Below, in pieces: positions 1 to 12,237 of a DNA stretch of 64,000 nucleotides. The stretch comes from Takakia lepidozioides (taxonomy: Eukaryota > Plantae > Bryophyta). The notes below the pieces were generated by a model that was not told the DNA's origin, ran no database searches, and saw nothing but the letters and a program-made list of their open reading frames with translations. Position 1 is the stretch's first letter; each line of letters opens with the position of its first letter. The stretch spans positions 992,001-1,056,000 of the forward strand of contig CM060732.1 in assembly GCA_030704615.1 (NCBI GenBank), in the 5' to 3' direction. Position numbers and translations under genes: made by a program.

Positions 1-214
1 CCGGTACCACCGGCACAATTCACAATGATACCACTTCCAGGCCCATCCAACCTGCGAGGGATTTTTATTGAATTATCCAAGAGGAACCGGAAGCCTCCCC
101 CCAACCATCTCTTGGTAAAATCGCTTCTCCCCAGGGACCACCGTGTCAAATTCTAGCTCCATGATCCTAGGCCATCAAGAGAGACCCCCACTCTCTGCCT
201 CCAGCCACCTTCGG

Positions 215-1007
215 ATGCGGATTGACCTACACTCCTGGAACATCAGAGGCCTGGGTTCGGACCCAGCCTCTTTAAAGAGGGTCAGAATCAAAAGTTGGCT
301 CTCCCCTTTACTGCAAAAAGACTCTGTCATATTTCTCTAGGAACACAGGCTAGATCATCAAAAAATAGCAGCGCTCTCTGACCATCTATGGCCCCTATCC
401 TCAGCCCTCTGGAAAGCTACGTCCCATGGTTCGAGGGGAGGTACATCCATTCTCCTATCCCCGTCCCTCTTACCCCTTCTAGTTTCCGAAGCCACCTGGG
501 TGTCGGGAAGATTGCAATTCTGTGCCCTCAAGCTCCCGGAGAACATTGGAACTATGGGTTTTGTCAACATCTATGCCCCTAACTGTCCCCTGGAAAGGAC
601 CGAATTCTGGCAGATCCTTAATTCCAAAATGGATGACAAGCCTAATATAGACAGCTGGGTCCTGGGTGGAGACTTTAACATGGTGGAATCTTACGAAGAC
701 AGACGAGGCATTGGGAACTTCAGCCCTGACACGGTAGAAATGGACCAATGGCTCTCGGGAACTCAAAACCACAACTTGGTGGAATCCACTGTAGTTTTCT
801 CGGACGCTTCAAACCTCTCCTTCACCTGGACAAACAACAGAGATCTTCAGAATCTGCAAATGGCTAGACTGGACAGGGTGTACATCTCTTACAATGTGGT
901 CCAGTGGACCAAAAGGCATATCCAAGAACCCATTCCCCTAGGTTTCGACCACGCTCCAATCCAAGCATCCATCTCTATCCCTTCAGTGCAACGCAGGGGT
1001 AGGGGTA
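215..1007 (+). pseudogene. LINE (L1-type) ORF2, APE endonuclease domain, 5' part
   Basis: APE motifs in order: SWNIRGL, VIFL(Q>stop)E, FVNIYAPN, WVLGGDFN, FTWTN, ARLDRVYIS, FDHAPI. One in-frame stop (338-340) and a frameshift. Interrupted at 1007 by the LTR element. Confidence 0.9.
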
Positions 1008-1882
1008 TGTCGCGCGGCTTTTACTCACCCATCCCTTCGCTATCCGAGGCGGAAACTCCAAGATAGAAGAGTTGGAAATCTCTAAGTACTCAGCCCGCGC
1101 AGAACAATCAGTCATGACCTACAGCTAGTGTATCATGGGGGTTTCCTATTTGTTTCCCTTTCCGCATTCATCTTAGCTACCTTACCATTGATAATTAAGT
1201 ATCAGTTTGCTTCATCAATCTATCGGTTTCCTTCACTCATCCATTCAATCCACAGCTTCACTCAGATCTCTCTACACAGTGTGATTGTATCGTATAAGTA
1301 GATTATGATTTATCAGGTATCAGGCCGAAGCCATTATGTCTCTAATCTCTCCAATATCATCAGCTTTGCATATAACAAGCATCTACTAATCCTCTTTCTC
1401 CTTCATCGTGCTCTCCATCTCCCTCCGATCTCCGCTGACTCCGAAGTCCTCCTCCGAATAATGATCCCTTCATTCCCCGTTTCTCCCTTTATCCTCCTAT
1501 CCGCGGTTCTAACCGTTTCCCTCTCTAACCGTCGTCTGTGAACTAACATGTTCCCTTCACAGGTGTTGTTCCCCACAGTCGTTCCCTCAGCTGTGTCAAG
1601 CGTGACTGGCTCTGTGTCGGGCTGTGACTGACTGTGACGGGCTGTGATGTGTGGGCTGTGGGCTGTGCTGTGACGGGCTGTGTCTGTGTGGGCTGTGCTG
1701 TGACGGCTGTGTTGGCTGTGTGGGCTGTGACCTGTGACGACTGTGACGGGCTGTACTGTGTACCCCCCTCTACAGTGCGCTGCTGTCACCCCTAAGGCTC
1801 CTGTTGGTCTCAGTCTGTGCAAAAATTAAGGGTACCCTACAGATCCCGTATAAGTGTCTAAGTCCCCTACAGTCCTCTAACA
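1008..1882 (-). repeat. 3' LTR
   Basis: Near-identical to 12238-13181. On + it starts TGTCGCGCGG and ends CTCTAACA. Adjacent to the PPT. Confidence 0.95.
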
Positions 1883-1885
1883 TTA

Positions 1886-1900
1886 CCCCTTCCCCCCTCA
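1886..1900 (-). other. Polypurine tract
   Basis: Minus strand TGAGGGGGGAAGGGG just upstream of the 3' LTR. Confidence 0.85.
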
Positions 1901-1920
1901 AAAAGCCGTGTCCTCACGGT

Positions 1921-3017
1921 TTACTGTTTCCGAGTAGCAAACCTTTGTGAGTGAGCACCTTGTTGACGTTGAGAGTTTCGTGGTGGACTGTGTGTACGAG
2001 CCCGAGGTCTGTCTCTGGTTGATGGAGATGGTTGATCACTACCTGGATAAGTGAGGCCTTCTGGAGGCTGATATCGAGGTAATCTTTCCGGCATAGGACC
2101 ACCCCTTTGTTTCTTCTCTTCCATCTGAATTGCATAGTCTTCTCCCATGTCAAAAGAATTTTGTGAAGAAACAGTTGTATCAGAATCCTCATCGCCTCTC
2201 AGGTGTTTTAATTTTCTAACTTTTTGTGGAATCATCTGGGGCATACAATGCTGTCCTACCATGTCTGGAAGTTTGTATTTTACAAACTTGGTGTAACCGC
2301 TGAACAGCAAATTTGTGTAGGCACTGAGCTCCTTGTCTGTCCAGATGAGTGGGGTACCAATTACTGGTGCAGCGTGCAATACTTTCCATGCCACATGTCC
2401 CTTATAGAAAATGTCATCAAAGTCCGAATTTCTGTTTTGACAAAATGGTTGCAGGCTGCTTGAAACCATGACGAATTTGAGAATCCTTCTGCATCATAAC
2501 TTTTGGGTCATATAGGTACATATGAGGGGGCACGAAGGTAATACCCAATGTCTCCACTGGAGTAACTTTGAAAGCGTGTTTTGCATCTTTTGTTGCTCAA
2601 TGTGTAACGTACAGAAAACAAGCAGCGTAGTATAGCCCGCACCCCATGACAATACTTGCTATCTCCTTGGTCTTGGTATAAATGATCCATGTACAACTTG
2701 GAAAGCAACGAAATTCCCTCAACTGGTACCTGCCTCGTGCCATATTGTGCAAAGTGATGATCTTCAATATGTCGATTGTTTGGAAGAACTTTAGTCCTAG
2801 TTGCCACTGGCAGCCAAATACGCATGATTTGGTAGTAATGTGCGAATGACTGCGGAGGACTAAATTCTTTCCAAGCCAAATCCAACGATGGGAATTTGGG
2901 TTGAAGGGCATAACATAGCCCTGCTGTACTCCCTTGCAGCTGGAGTTTTAGGTGGGTTAAAAGCGGCATTGCCCCATACCTCGGCTGTGGTGGCTGTGGT
3001 GTGGTTGTAGTAACCAC
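1921..3017 (-). CDS. Second extra 3' ORF of the Gypsy element (frameshifted), unknown function
   Basis: Consecutive ORF pieces 2508-3017 and 1921-2469 between the coiled-coil ORF and the PPT. No recognisable motif. Confidence 0.5.
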
Positions 3018-3478
3018 AGGTTCAGCTACTGGTACACTGACTGTTGTGGTGGTGGTGGTACTGGCTCTGTATCATTGGCATCTCCTGCACCTCCTGTGAA
3101 GACTGAAAAGCCAGTTTTGGCTTGTAAATAAGAAGCCATTAGCTGTTCCTGAGGGATATAGACTCTTTGGTCGATGTTTGAAGTGAGGTTTCCACTTGAG
3201 TCTGGAGTCCGTCTACATCCTCTTGTAACTCTGCTATCCTACTACTATACATTGTCTATAGTAGTCTGTTATGGCAATGTTCTGCACTGCAGTCTGAGCT
3301 CATTCATCTCGCTTTGGGTGAGCTTCCGTGGGTTTTGCCCCTCTACTGGCCCTTGTGCTAACCAGACCTGCATAAGGCTGTTATCCACCAAGCTTGTGGT
3401 TCCCCTGAGAGTTTGCTCCTCTCTTAGCTTGACAATTCCAACTGCTGTTGTAAAGCCTCCATGCGCTTCGCTGTGGGC

Positions 3479-5320
3479 TCAACCAATTGCGCATAGGCAG
3501 CAGTAGATTATTGGCTTCCTTCGAAGCCTTGTTACTGACCGCGATTTCATTTCTATTGGCCACGATGGTTTGTTGCAACTCCACGATGTGTTTCTCTTGA
3601 TCACTTCCATCTGCCTGTATTGCTTGAAAGTATCTTCATTGCGACAGATTGTATTCTTCATATCGACAATGAGCTTCATTTGCTCAACATTCTCTTCTTC
3701 TGCCTTCGTACATTTTTCCGCTTGACTGTTTATTTCTTTTGTAGATTGGTCAAGCATAGTTGTAAATGTAGCACATTGTATCGCCATCCTGTTATGCACT
3801 GTCTGCAACTCCGTATGTAGTGCATTCAGTTCTTGCAACTTGCTTTCATGCTGCACCTGCATTTGGTATAGCTGTTGCTTATGTGCTTCGTGCAACTGGT
3901 CTTGCGCGAGGCCTGCCTCAATCAATTGTTGCTTGGCCAATTGCAAAGCCATTTCTGTATTGCCCAAGTCCTGCTTCATCTTGAGAGTGACCTCTTCATC
4001 GACCTTGTTTGCACACTCAGTGGCAAGTCGAGCCTCAAACTCCTTCCTGAGTTCCTCTTTCAAGGCTGTCAATTGGGTAATTGGAACATGGGATTTGACA
4101 TAAGTCCCCAACAAATTAAGTGTCCTGCCTATGGAACTCATCAGCATTGCCTGTTGAGGGTCATCATGGTGAGGTTGCTGCTGTTCCTCCTGATCTTCAA
4201 CAGTATGATGTCTCACTAACCATTCAGGCCATTGTCCCACCGGATTTTCTTCCTGAACTACTTCATCTATGACCGGTGTTACAGTGTCATGACCTTCCGC
4301 CTGTGGTACCTCCAACCAGGTGTGTGCATTATATGACCTCAGGATTCCCTTTGGGCAACTTTGCACCTTGGAATTCTGTCTCCTTGACCAGACCAGAATA
4401 TTCATAGAGAAGGTCCCCTTTCTCTATTTCTGCCACTATCTGTTCTGTAGTTGGAATATCTATCCCTTCACTTTCCAAATCAATTATTCGGGTTGAGCTG
4501 CATGGATAACTTGTGACCTTGTGACAAGTCGTTCAGTGGCTGTGTTGGTGTGATGCAGAAGTAACTTCTCCTCCCTCTCTGAAGGTCCTGCTTCCAGTAA
4601 TAACATTCTTGTGCTGCTGTGCCCCTTCCTGGCATGAGCTTGGGAAACATTATCATGCGGATCCGTGAAGCCAGTGGATCCGCCACTACAGTCTTTCCCC
4701 TTCTCTGCCTCTTAGTCTCGGGTTGTGCTGCTAGTCCACCCTCACTGTGAAGAGCCTTGCTCTTCCATTGCAGTTTTTTCTGGCTCAAACACTCCCATTT
4801 CCTTCTTTCTTGTGCATTAAGTATGCCAGAATTAAGGATTATTTGAGCAATGATTGGGCCAGACACTATGATAGGAGACTTTGCGGTAGTACCTTGTAAT
4901 CTTTTCATCTCCTCTACCAGTGCGTTGTACATTATGTCCGCCCATTGTACCTCTTGTCCTTCAGGCCTTTGAGTATTTCCTCTGTGAAGGATCTGCTCAA
5001 ATATGTTGGTTCTGTTTCAGGGCAATCAGAACTCAATACCTGGCCTACTCTTTTAACCCTGGTACACCTCAAGCATAACCCTGAGTTTTAAAGAAACTCC
5101 CTTCTTGGAATAAGTCCCCTATTTGCAGTCTTGCCCTGTGTTCCCCCACATGCACCTGACCTGCTGGCAATCGAAAACAATTGCTGGAGGTATAGGGAGT
5201 AATCATTAATTCAACTCCCTTCACCGTTGTTGTTCCTGTCCTTGGCTCAAAGTTCTGCAAAAATTGTAACATGTACTGTCTATGGTGTAGTGTCCAATCT
5301 AGGCTTTGCAATCCTTCCAA
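3479..5320 (-). CDS. Extra 3' ORF of the Gypsy element (env-like position), with long coiled coil; frameshifted
   Basis: ORF pieces 5069-5320, 4480-4932 and 3479-4405. E/Q/K/L-rich heptad stretch (LKEELRKEFEARL...LQELNALHTELQ). Confidence 0.6.
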
Positions 5321-5824
5321 TCTCAGCTCCTCCAGTATCTTTATCGCCTGTGGGTAGCCATCGTTTGTTTCTGCAGAATTGTGGTGCTCTTCACCCTGAT
5401 TTCCCCATTCCTCTCACTCTCTTCATCTTAGACTCACAGAACTGCTTTGGCTGTAACAACTGCAGGAATGCCTGTAGTGCACAAAGCAAAACGTATGGTT
5501 GCCGCAAAAGCTATGGGTAATCTCTTGTAAGCCTGCGGGCTTGCAAGCATTGCTCAAGAGAAAAGCTCTGCTCTGTCGTTTCGTGTCTATGCCACTGCGT
5601 AAGTAATATTGCGAGCGTATAGTCTGTTAGTTCCTCCATAGTTTCCAATTATAGCATTTATGGCTTCCTGTCGAGACGCCCATTACTCAGAACGACGCCC
5701 TCTTGCGCTCAATTTCCCTCCATTTCTTGATCATTTCTCTGGTTTTCTATTGGCTGTATCTGCTGTGACTGGATTTTAATTTTATCTTCTTTAGTGGACT
5801 TTCCCTGTCACTTTCCACGGTGAT

Positions 5825-7147
5825 TTAAGCTGAAGCTTGAATCTTTCCTTTCTTCTGCAACCATAGAACCAAATCCCCCGTCTTAAAAGTCTTTAACTTG
5901 CCTTCATCAAACTGTTCCTTTCGCTTCATCTGAATTCTGGTCATATTATCAGCTGCATCAGCACGTACTTCTTCCACATGGTATAATTCATGTTTCCTGA
6001 CCTTGATGGAGTCTTGCAATTCCATTCTTTTTCCCCACTCCGTTCTCATGGTAGGTAACAGGAATTCCACTGGAAGTAAGGCTTCCATACCATAAACTAA
6101 TTGGAATGGTGTATACTTAGTGGTGACTTTATATGAAGTCCTGTATGACCACAAAGCTGTCAGCAGCTTTGTATCCCAATCCGTTCTGTTTGCATTGACT
6201 ATCTTAGCCAAGATAGTACATAGTATTTTGTTGGTAGCCTCTGCCTGCCCATTACCCTGTGGGTAATATGTTGTACTCTTTCTATGCACAATCATAAACT
6301 CTTTAGTCAACAACTCAATGGTCTCATTCATGAAGTGACTTCCTTGATCACTGATAAATTCTAAGGGACAGCCAAATCGTGTAAGTATGTTCTCGTACAG
6401 GAACCTTGCTGTGGACTTGGCTGTGTTGTCCCTCAAAGCTTTAGCTTCCACCCACTTTGTAGTATAATCAGTGGCTGTAATTATGTACCTGTTTCGTGTA
6501 TTCTTGGATGGTGGATTAATTGGTCCAACAAAGTCTAGTCCCCATTTCTGAAATGGTTCCGTAGGCATTGTAGGATGCAAGGCCATTCTTCCAGATCTCT
6601 GCAAAGGTCCTAGCCTCTGACATTCATCACACTTCTGACAATACTCATGTACATCTTTGAACAAAGTAGGCCACCAGTATCCTGCGAGTAGTATCTTTCT
6701 ACTGGTAGTCTCTTCTCCAAAATGACCTCCAGCCACTCCTTTATGAACTTCCTCCAAGACTTTATTTACTTCATGGTGGTACAAGCATCGTTTTAGTACT
6801 CCATCAGGTCCTAACTTATACATTCTGCTTCCTACCATAGTATAAGGTAAAGCTTTGATAGCAATTCTCTTCCTCTGCTCCTTACCATAACTAGGTGGGC
6901 ACTGACCATGAGCAAGGTAGTATCTGATTGGCCACTGCCAATCTAACCATTCATCTGCACTTCCTTGCACCTCCATTACAAATAAACTCGCATCAGGTAA
7001 CTGATCGTCCACTCCTGTGGCGGCCTCTCCTGTTGTTAGTCGTGACAAATGATCTGCCACAAGATGCAAACGGCCAGGCTTGTAAATAACCTCGAACTCA
7101 AACTCATGCAAGATTATTAACCACCTCGCTATCCTTCCACTTATCAA
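5825..7147 (-). CDS. pol: RNase H C-terminus and integrase
   Basis: RIARW...VADHLSR; HHCC finger (VHKGVAGGHFG...CQKCDEC); DDE core WGLDFVGP, ISDQGSHF, GNGQAEATN. Confidence 0.95.
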   Translation of the reverse strand: MISGRIARWLIILHEFEFEVIYKPGRLHLVADHLSRLTTGEAATGVDDQLPDASLFVMEVQGSADEWLDWQWPIRYYLAHGQCPPSYGKEQRKRIAIKALPYTMVGSRMYKLGPDGVLKRCLYHHEVNKVLEEVHKGVAGGHFGEETTSRKILLAGYWWPTLFKDVHEYCQKCDECQRLGPLQRSGRMALHPTMPTEPFQKWGLDFVGPINPPSKNTRNRYIITATDYTTKWVEAKALRDNTAKSTARFLYENILTRFGCPLEFISDQGSHFMNETIELLTKEFMIVHRKSTTYYPQGNGQAEATNKILCTILAKIVNANRTDWDTKLLTALWSYRTSYKVTTKYTPFQLVYGMEALLPVEFLLPTMRTEWGKRMELQDSIKVRKHELYHVEEVRADAADNMTRIQMKRKEQFDEGKLKTFKTGDLVLWLQKKGKIQASA

Positions 7148-7166
7148 GGTTTGTTCACCAGATATA

Positions 7167-8458
7167 TCAGAGCCTGGTGATCCACATAAACATAAACTTT
7201 CTTCCCAATAGGTAATGCCTGAATTTCTTCACTGCATAGATCATTGCCAATGCTTCTCTTTCCGTTGTGCTATAGTTCCTCTCAGCACTGTTCATCAACC
7301 GGCTAGCATAGTACACAGGTGAATCTATATTCCCTGTAACATTCTGGGCTAACACCGCTCCCAACGCTTCTCCTGATGCATCGCAGTGAACATGAAATAC
7401 TACATGCCAGTGAGGGTTAATCAGCACAGGTGTAGTTGTTACTGACAGTGTAAGTTCCTCAAACGCCTGTTGACATTCAGCTGTCCAGGCAAACACTGCA
7501 TCTTTCTTCAGAAGCTTGCTCAATGGTGCTGCTATTTGTGCATACCTTTTGACAAATCTTCTGTAATAACTGGTTTGCCCAAGGAATCTCCTTAACTCTT
7601 AACATTCACTGGTGGTGGAGAGACTTTAATGGACTCTGTCTTCCTGGGATCCACAAGAAGTCCCTTCTTACACACAATGTGTCCCAGAAGCACCCTGAGT
7701 TCACACAGAAAGTACACTTCTCTGGATTCAAGCCCAGACCTCTCATCCTGCATCTGGCCAGGCATAACTCCAATTTATGCAAGTGCTCATTCTTAGAGCT
7801 GTACACACTGAAATCATCCAAAAACACCTGCATGAAATCATCCAGATACTCATGAAAAGATTCACTTATCACTCTCTGAAAGGTCGCTGGTGCATTACAA
7901 AGTCCAAAGGGCATGACTTTGTATGCATAAGCCCCCCAGTCTGTGATGAAAGCTGTTTTTTCCCTTGGTCTTCTTCTGCCACTTGCACTTGATTATAACC
8001 ACTGAAGCCATCCATGAATGAGTACATCTCATGGCCTGCCACAGTGTCTAATACTGCTTCTGTGAATGGCAAAGGGAAAGGATCTTTCTTCGTACAAGCA
8101 TTCAGCTTCTTATAGTTCACACATACTCTTAGTTGCCATTCTTCTTGGGAACTATAACAATGGGTGACAACCAAGTTGTATACTCTATTGGGTATATAAA
8201 CTTAGCCTCAGCCAACTTCTTTATCTCTTCTCCAACCTTCTGTGCGTAGTTGGGATTCATTCTATACTTGATTGGTACTGACCCTGGTTCCAGTTCAATC
8301 TTATGCTGACAGACTTCAGGTGGTATCCCTTTTAGATCCTCATAGCTCCAAGCAAATACATCTCTGTATTTGATGAACAAGCTTTTAGCTTCTTCGAAGA
8401 ATTCCGGCTCCAAATCAGCTCCTACTTTCACCATTCGGTTCCTCCTGAGTTCCCACAT
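7167..8458 (-). CDS. pol: reverse transcriptase and RNase H (frameshifted)
   Basis: LRVCVNYKKLN, FMDGFSGYNQ, MPFGLCNAPATFQR, VFLDDFSV, VHCDASG, NYSTTEREALA. Confidence 0.95.
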
Positions 8459-8651
8459 TTACTTCTCTCACCTGCTCATCAGCTGTGATTGTCCAACCAG
8501 TCACCACTTCATCCTGTAAGCTCACAGGCTGGTTCTTCTAGGATTTCTATTTCTCCTCCTTTTCTTCATAGAAATGTGATGGGTAAATGTTGGTTTCCTC
8601 TTCAGTTGGTGTTTGCTGTCACTACACCACAGCAGATACCTCTCAAACAAC

Positions 8652-9236
8652 TTAGGCTTTCCAGCCGCATCTCTGCAACCTGCTCCCACTCTGGGTGTGC
8701 AGCAAATAGGGTAGCTTCCTGCTCCTCATCCAGTCCTCCTCTCCAGTCATACTCTCTGACTCCTCGAGGTCTTCTTGTAGCAGGTAATCTACTAGATTTC
8801 TTTGTGGTAATTTGTATCTCGTGCATCCCATTATGCACGTTAGTAACTGAGAATTCCAGTCATGGAATACCCTGGCCTGTTTCAGCCACGGACGTCCCAA
8901 TAATAAGGAGTAAGCCTCCATGACTTCATCCATTTTTAATACAGTTACTGTGATCATAAAGATCATTTTCTGTATCTGTATCTTAACTCCTCTTATTAAT
9001 CCCAATGGCTGTACACTTCTTTGATCTGCCATTGTTACTGTAAATGGGGCTGGTTTCATGTTACTTAGACCAAGCTTCTTCCTTAATTGGTCTGTCATGA
9101 TATTTACTCCAGAACCACCATCTATCAGTACATCAGTTAGTTCTGTGCTTCCAATTCTCAATTGGATTACTGGCATAGAATCATCAAAGTCCATGACTGG
9201 TTCTCGCCCTTCCGGCTTCACATTATAACTGGTCAC
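8652..9236 (-). CDS. pol: aspartic protease
   Basis: VLIDGGSGVNIM and LLLGRPWL retropepsin motifs. Confidence 0.92.
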   Translation of the reverse strand: MTSYNVKPEGREPVMDFDDSMPVIQLRIGSTELTDVLIDGGSGVNIMTDQLRKKLGLSNMKPAPFTVTMADQRSVQPLGLIRGVKIQIQKMIFMITVTVLKMDEVMEAYSLLLGRPWLKQARVFHDWNSQLLTCIMGCTRYKLPQRNLVDYLLQEDLEESESMTGEEDWMRSRKLPYLLHTQSGSRLQRCGWKA

Positions 9237-9321
9237 CTTGCTGTTCAGGTCTGTGTTTCCTGTCTCTTGGGCAATTCGATTGATTGCTGATACAGCCTGT
9301 GCCTACAATAAGGTGCCACAG

Positions 9322-11595
9322 CTAATAGCTGTCCAATGGTAATTCTGCTTTGGTCTGGCATATTACTTCAGCCAAAGTCTCTTCATTACTTTGCATGTCT
9401 GCATCTTCTTTTTTCCTTTCTTCCTCACTCCCTTCTTTTTCTCCATCCGAATCAGAGGAATCTGCCACAGGAATATCAGTACTCTTTTGCATTTCCCTTA
9501 TAGTATCTGCCACTTCCTTGTGCAGTTCCTTCTCATCTTTCCAAGTCTCTTCATCTTCAGGCATATCATTGCCACTTCCATTCTCATCTTCTTCCTCTTC
9601 TACTGGAGGTATTAGTTTGGCTTTACTTCTTGTTACTATCATTGTACTTACTTCTGGTACAACACATGGCCTAACCATGTGAGCTGCCACCACTGGGCCC
9701 TCATTCACAGGAGCTCTCATCTCATTCTGGTGTCTTATCCAGAATGAACAGGCTGCCTTGCGATGTCCTGGCTGATTACAATAGTAACATAGCTCTTCAC
9801 CATTGGGTCCTCGCCCTTGGTCTGTTCTTGGATTATTTCTATAATCCTGATTCCCGGGCTGGTAATTCCCCCTTGGATTACCCTGATAGTTGCCTCTGGA
9901 ATTTCCTTGGTAATTCCCTCTTGAATTACCTCTCCCTTCCATGCCATTGTTAACCACCAGACCTACCATAGTGGTCCTGATCATTGTTTCTTCTTGGCTG
10001 GGGCTGCACCTGATGCACCCTTACTTGCCTAGGTTCTCTTGCAGCTGTCCTTCTGTTGTAGTAACAATTCTCAGTAGAATGGTTATCCATTTTACAGATA
10101 GTACAGTGTTTCTCCTTCATGTGGCATTCTGTGGTGGTATGGCCTTCATTCTGGCACTTTGCACACCATACACCCTTCCTCCAATGTGTTGCAGCCTCTG
10201 TGGCATACTTCTTCAAGATTTCTTCCAATTTTTTTCATAGTTATCCCTCTTCAACTTCTCCTTTCTACTCTTTCTTTTTAGTTCTTGCTCTTCTTCTTCA
10301 TCTGACTCATCCTCAGAGTCCTCATCTTCTTTTTCTCTCTCCTGAGCATTCCCAATTGCTCAATTCTGTTCGCAGTTTCAAATGCCTCCTCCACTGTATT
10401 ATGGGGTAACATATCCACTTTCTTTTGCAACTCTGGTCTTAATCCACTCACAAACCAAGTCTTCTGTAAACCGGGCGCTGGTACTGCAGCCAGCTTTTTC
10501 ATCATCAATTCCATCTTCTCCATATACTCTTCAACAGTTTCATGCTTCTTCTGCTTCAGCTGTTGTAAACTTCCATACACTTCATCCTCAGTTTTACTTG
10601 TCCTGAACCTATTTCGAAATGCTGTATTCAAGCCATTCCAGGTTAGGAAATGATTATCAGGGAATCTTGCATACCATTCACTTGCTTTCTTGATAAGTGA
10701 ACAAGGAAACAGTCTCATCTTGGCATCATCGCCATTCTCATTGTTCACTATACACATGTGCTCAAATTGGCTAATGTGTACATCGGGATCCCCTTTTCCT
10801 GAATATATTGGAAAGGGTGGTTTTGCCCGTGTTGGTTGTAACGCCATCTGTGGCCCTACCTTCTGCCCACTGACAGGTGTTGGCACCCTTGCTGGTGCTG
10901 GTCCTTCTGGACCTGTTGTTTTTGTGGTGGATCTTCCACCAAGTGGTGGCCCTTGAGCACTCCTGCTTCTGGCCCACGATATTCACAGTATTCCCAGCTT
11001 CAGTTGCACTACTTCCCACACTCCCTGTCCCCCCAGAGCCAGATCCAGGCAGCCCGCCTGATCCCCCTGAGCCGACACCTTCGTTGGCCTGTGATCCAAG
11101 TGCTCCACTTGATCCAGGTCCAACGGGTTGGGATGTCCTGGTTGTAGTCTCAACCTCAGCTGTTGGGTCTACTTCTTCATATTCTTCCTCTTCTAATTTC
11201 TTCTCTCTGTTTTCATCCTCCAAGTTCTGCCCTTGGGTTTCTTCTTCACTCATGTAACTCAACTGTAATGGTGTTGGAGAGTCTGAACTCTCCGTTGGCT
11301 CTGCCACATCCTCTCTCTCTTCTTCATCTTCTGCTTCAGAAACTGGAGTTCCTGCTTTTGGTGTTCCATGCCAACTCTTATCAAAGATTTCTGTCAAGTC
11401 TTTTATCCAAGGATGTACCTCAGATCTTTCACCTCGTGATTGATCTTCTTCCTGTACCAATTCCCTTAATCTTTCTTGCAAAGAAACAGAAGGAGTGGCA
11501 TCCAACTCTAGTTCTTCCGGTATAGGTGATGCACTTTTGATCTTGATGGTGTGAGAGGTCCAGATGATTCCCCTATGTCTATTCCTCTCTCCCAA
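9322..11595 (-). CDS. gag (frameshifted): capsid-like domain and three CCHC zinc knuckles
   Basis: YSGKGDPDVHI...LFPCSL...EWY...W..L..AFRNRF; knuckles CAKCQNEGHTTTEC, CTICKMDNHSTENC, CYYCNQPGHRKAAC. Confidence 0.88.
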
Positions 11596-12217
11596 AGATA
11601 TGGATAATTAGCTTTCAGATAGCTTTCTCTTTTTGATGAATATCTCTGTCGTCTAGCTTCTCTTTCATCACTCATGTCCCATGTCTTTCATTTCTTTTAA
11701 TGTGGCAATAACCAAAACTCTCTTCTGTATCTCTCGTATATGCCTGGGTTTCTTTCAAGCTTCAATGCACCCTTGGCTATACTTGAAGTCTCCGTTACCA
11801 TATAACCATATGGCAAACAAGTCTGAAAAGCTGTTCTTGGTGTGAGTTTGATCCACAAAATATCCTTTGGAATCCAATTCTTTACCAGTACAAGCTCTTC
11901 ATGCATATGAGTATAAACATTCACCTTTCTTTCTTCCCAGCCTTCAAACTCTACTCGTTTAATGGATAGCAACGCTATCACATAACAATGTTGGTAACCA
12001 ACTCTTCCTCTCATAAATCTTTAACTCTCTCAGACCCCAGGATCAGCATCATGCACTTTCTTTACAACCGTCTGGCAATTCCAAGAACCTTTGAAAGAAT
12101 TGTTTGGACAATCTTTCTTCCCGTTCACAGGGAATTTGATTCACTTCAAATTCTTTAATGGTCCAACCACCATGATCCCACCAGATGCCTGTCACATCTG
12201 GTTGTTCATGTCCCAGG

Positions 12218-12235
12218 TCCCCAGTATGGTCGCCA
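12218..12235 (-). other. Primer binding site, probably tRNA-Arg
   Basis: Minus strand TGGCGACCATACTGGGGA, 2 nt inside the 5' LTR. Its complement (...CCCCAGTATGGTCGCCA) resembles plant tRNA-Arg 3' ends; tRNA identity is from recall. Confidence 0.75.
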
Positions 12236-12237
12236 AA

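Noticed and set aside
1305-1822. ORFs within the LTRs (also 12439-13246)
   Set aside because: They arise from the low-complexity LTR minisatellite and differ in frame between the two LTRs.
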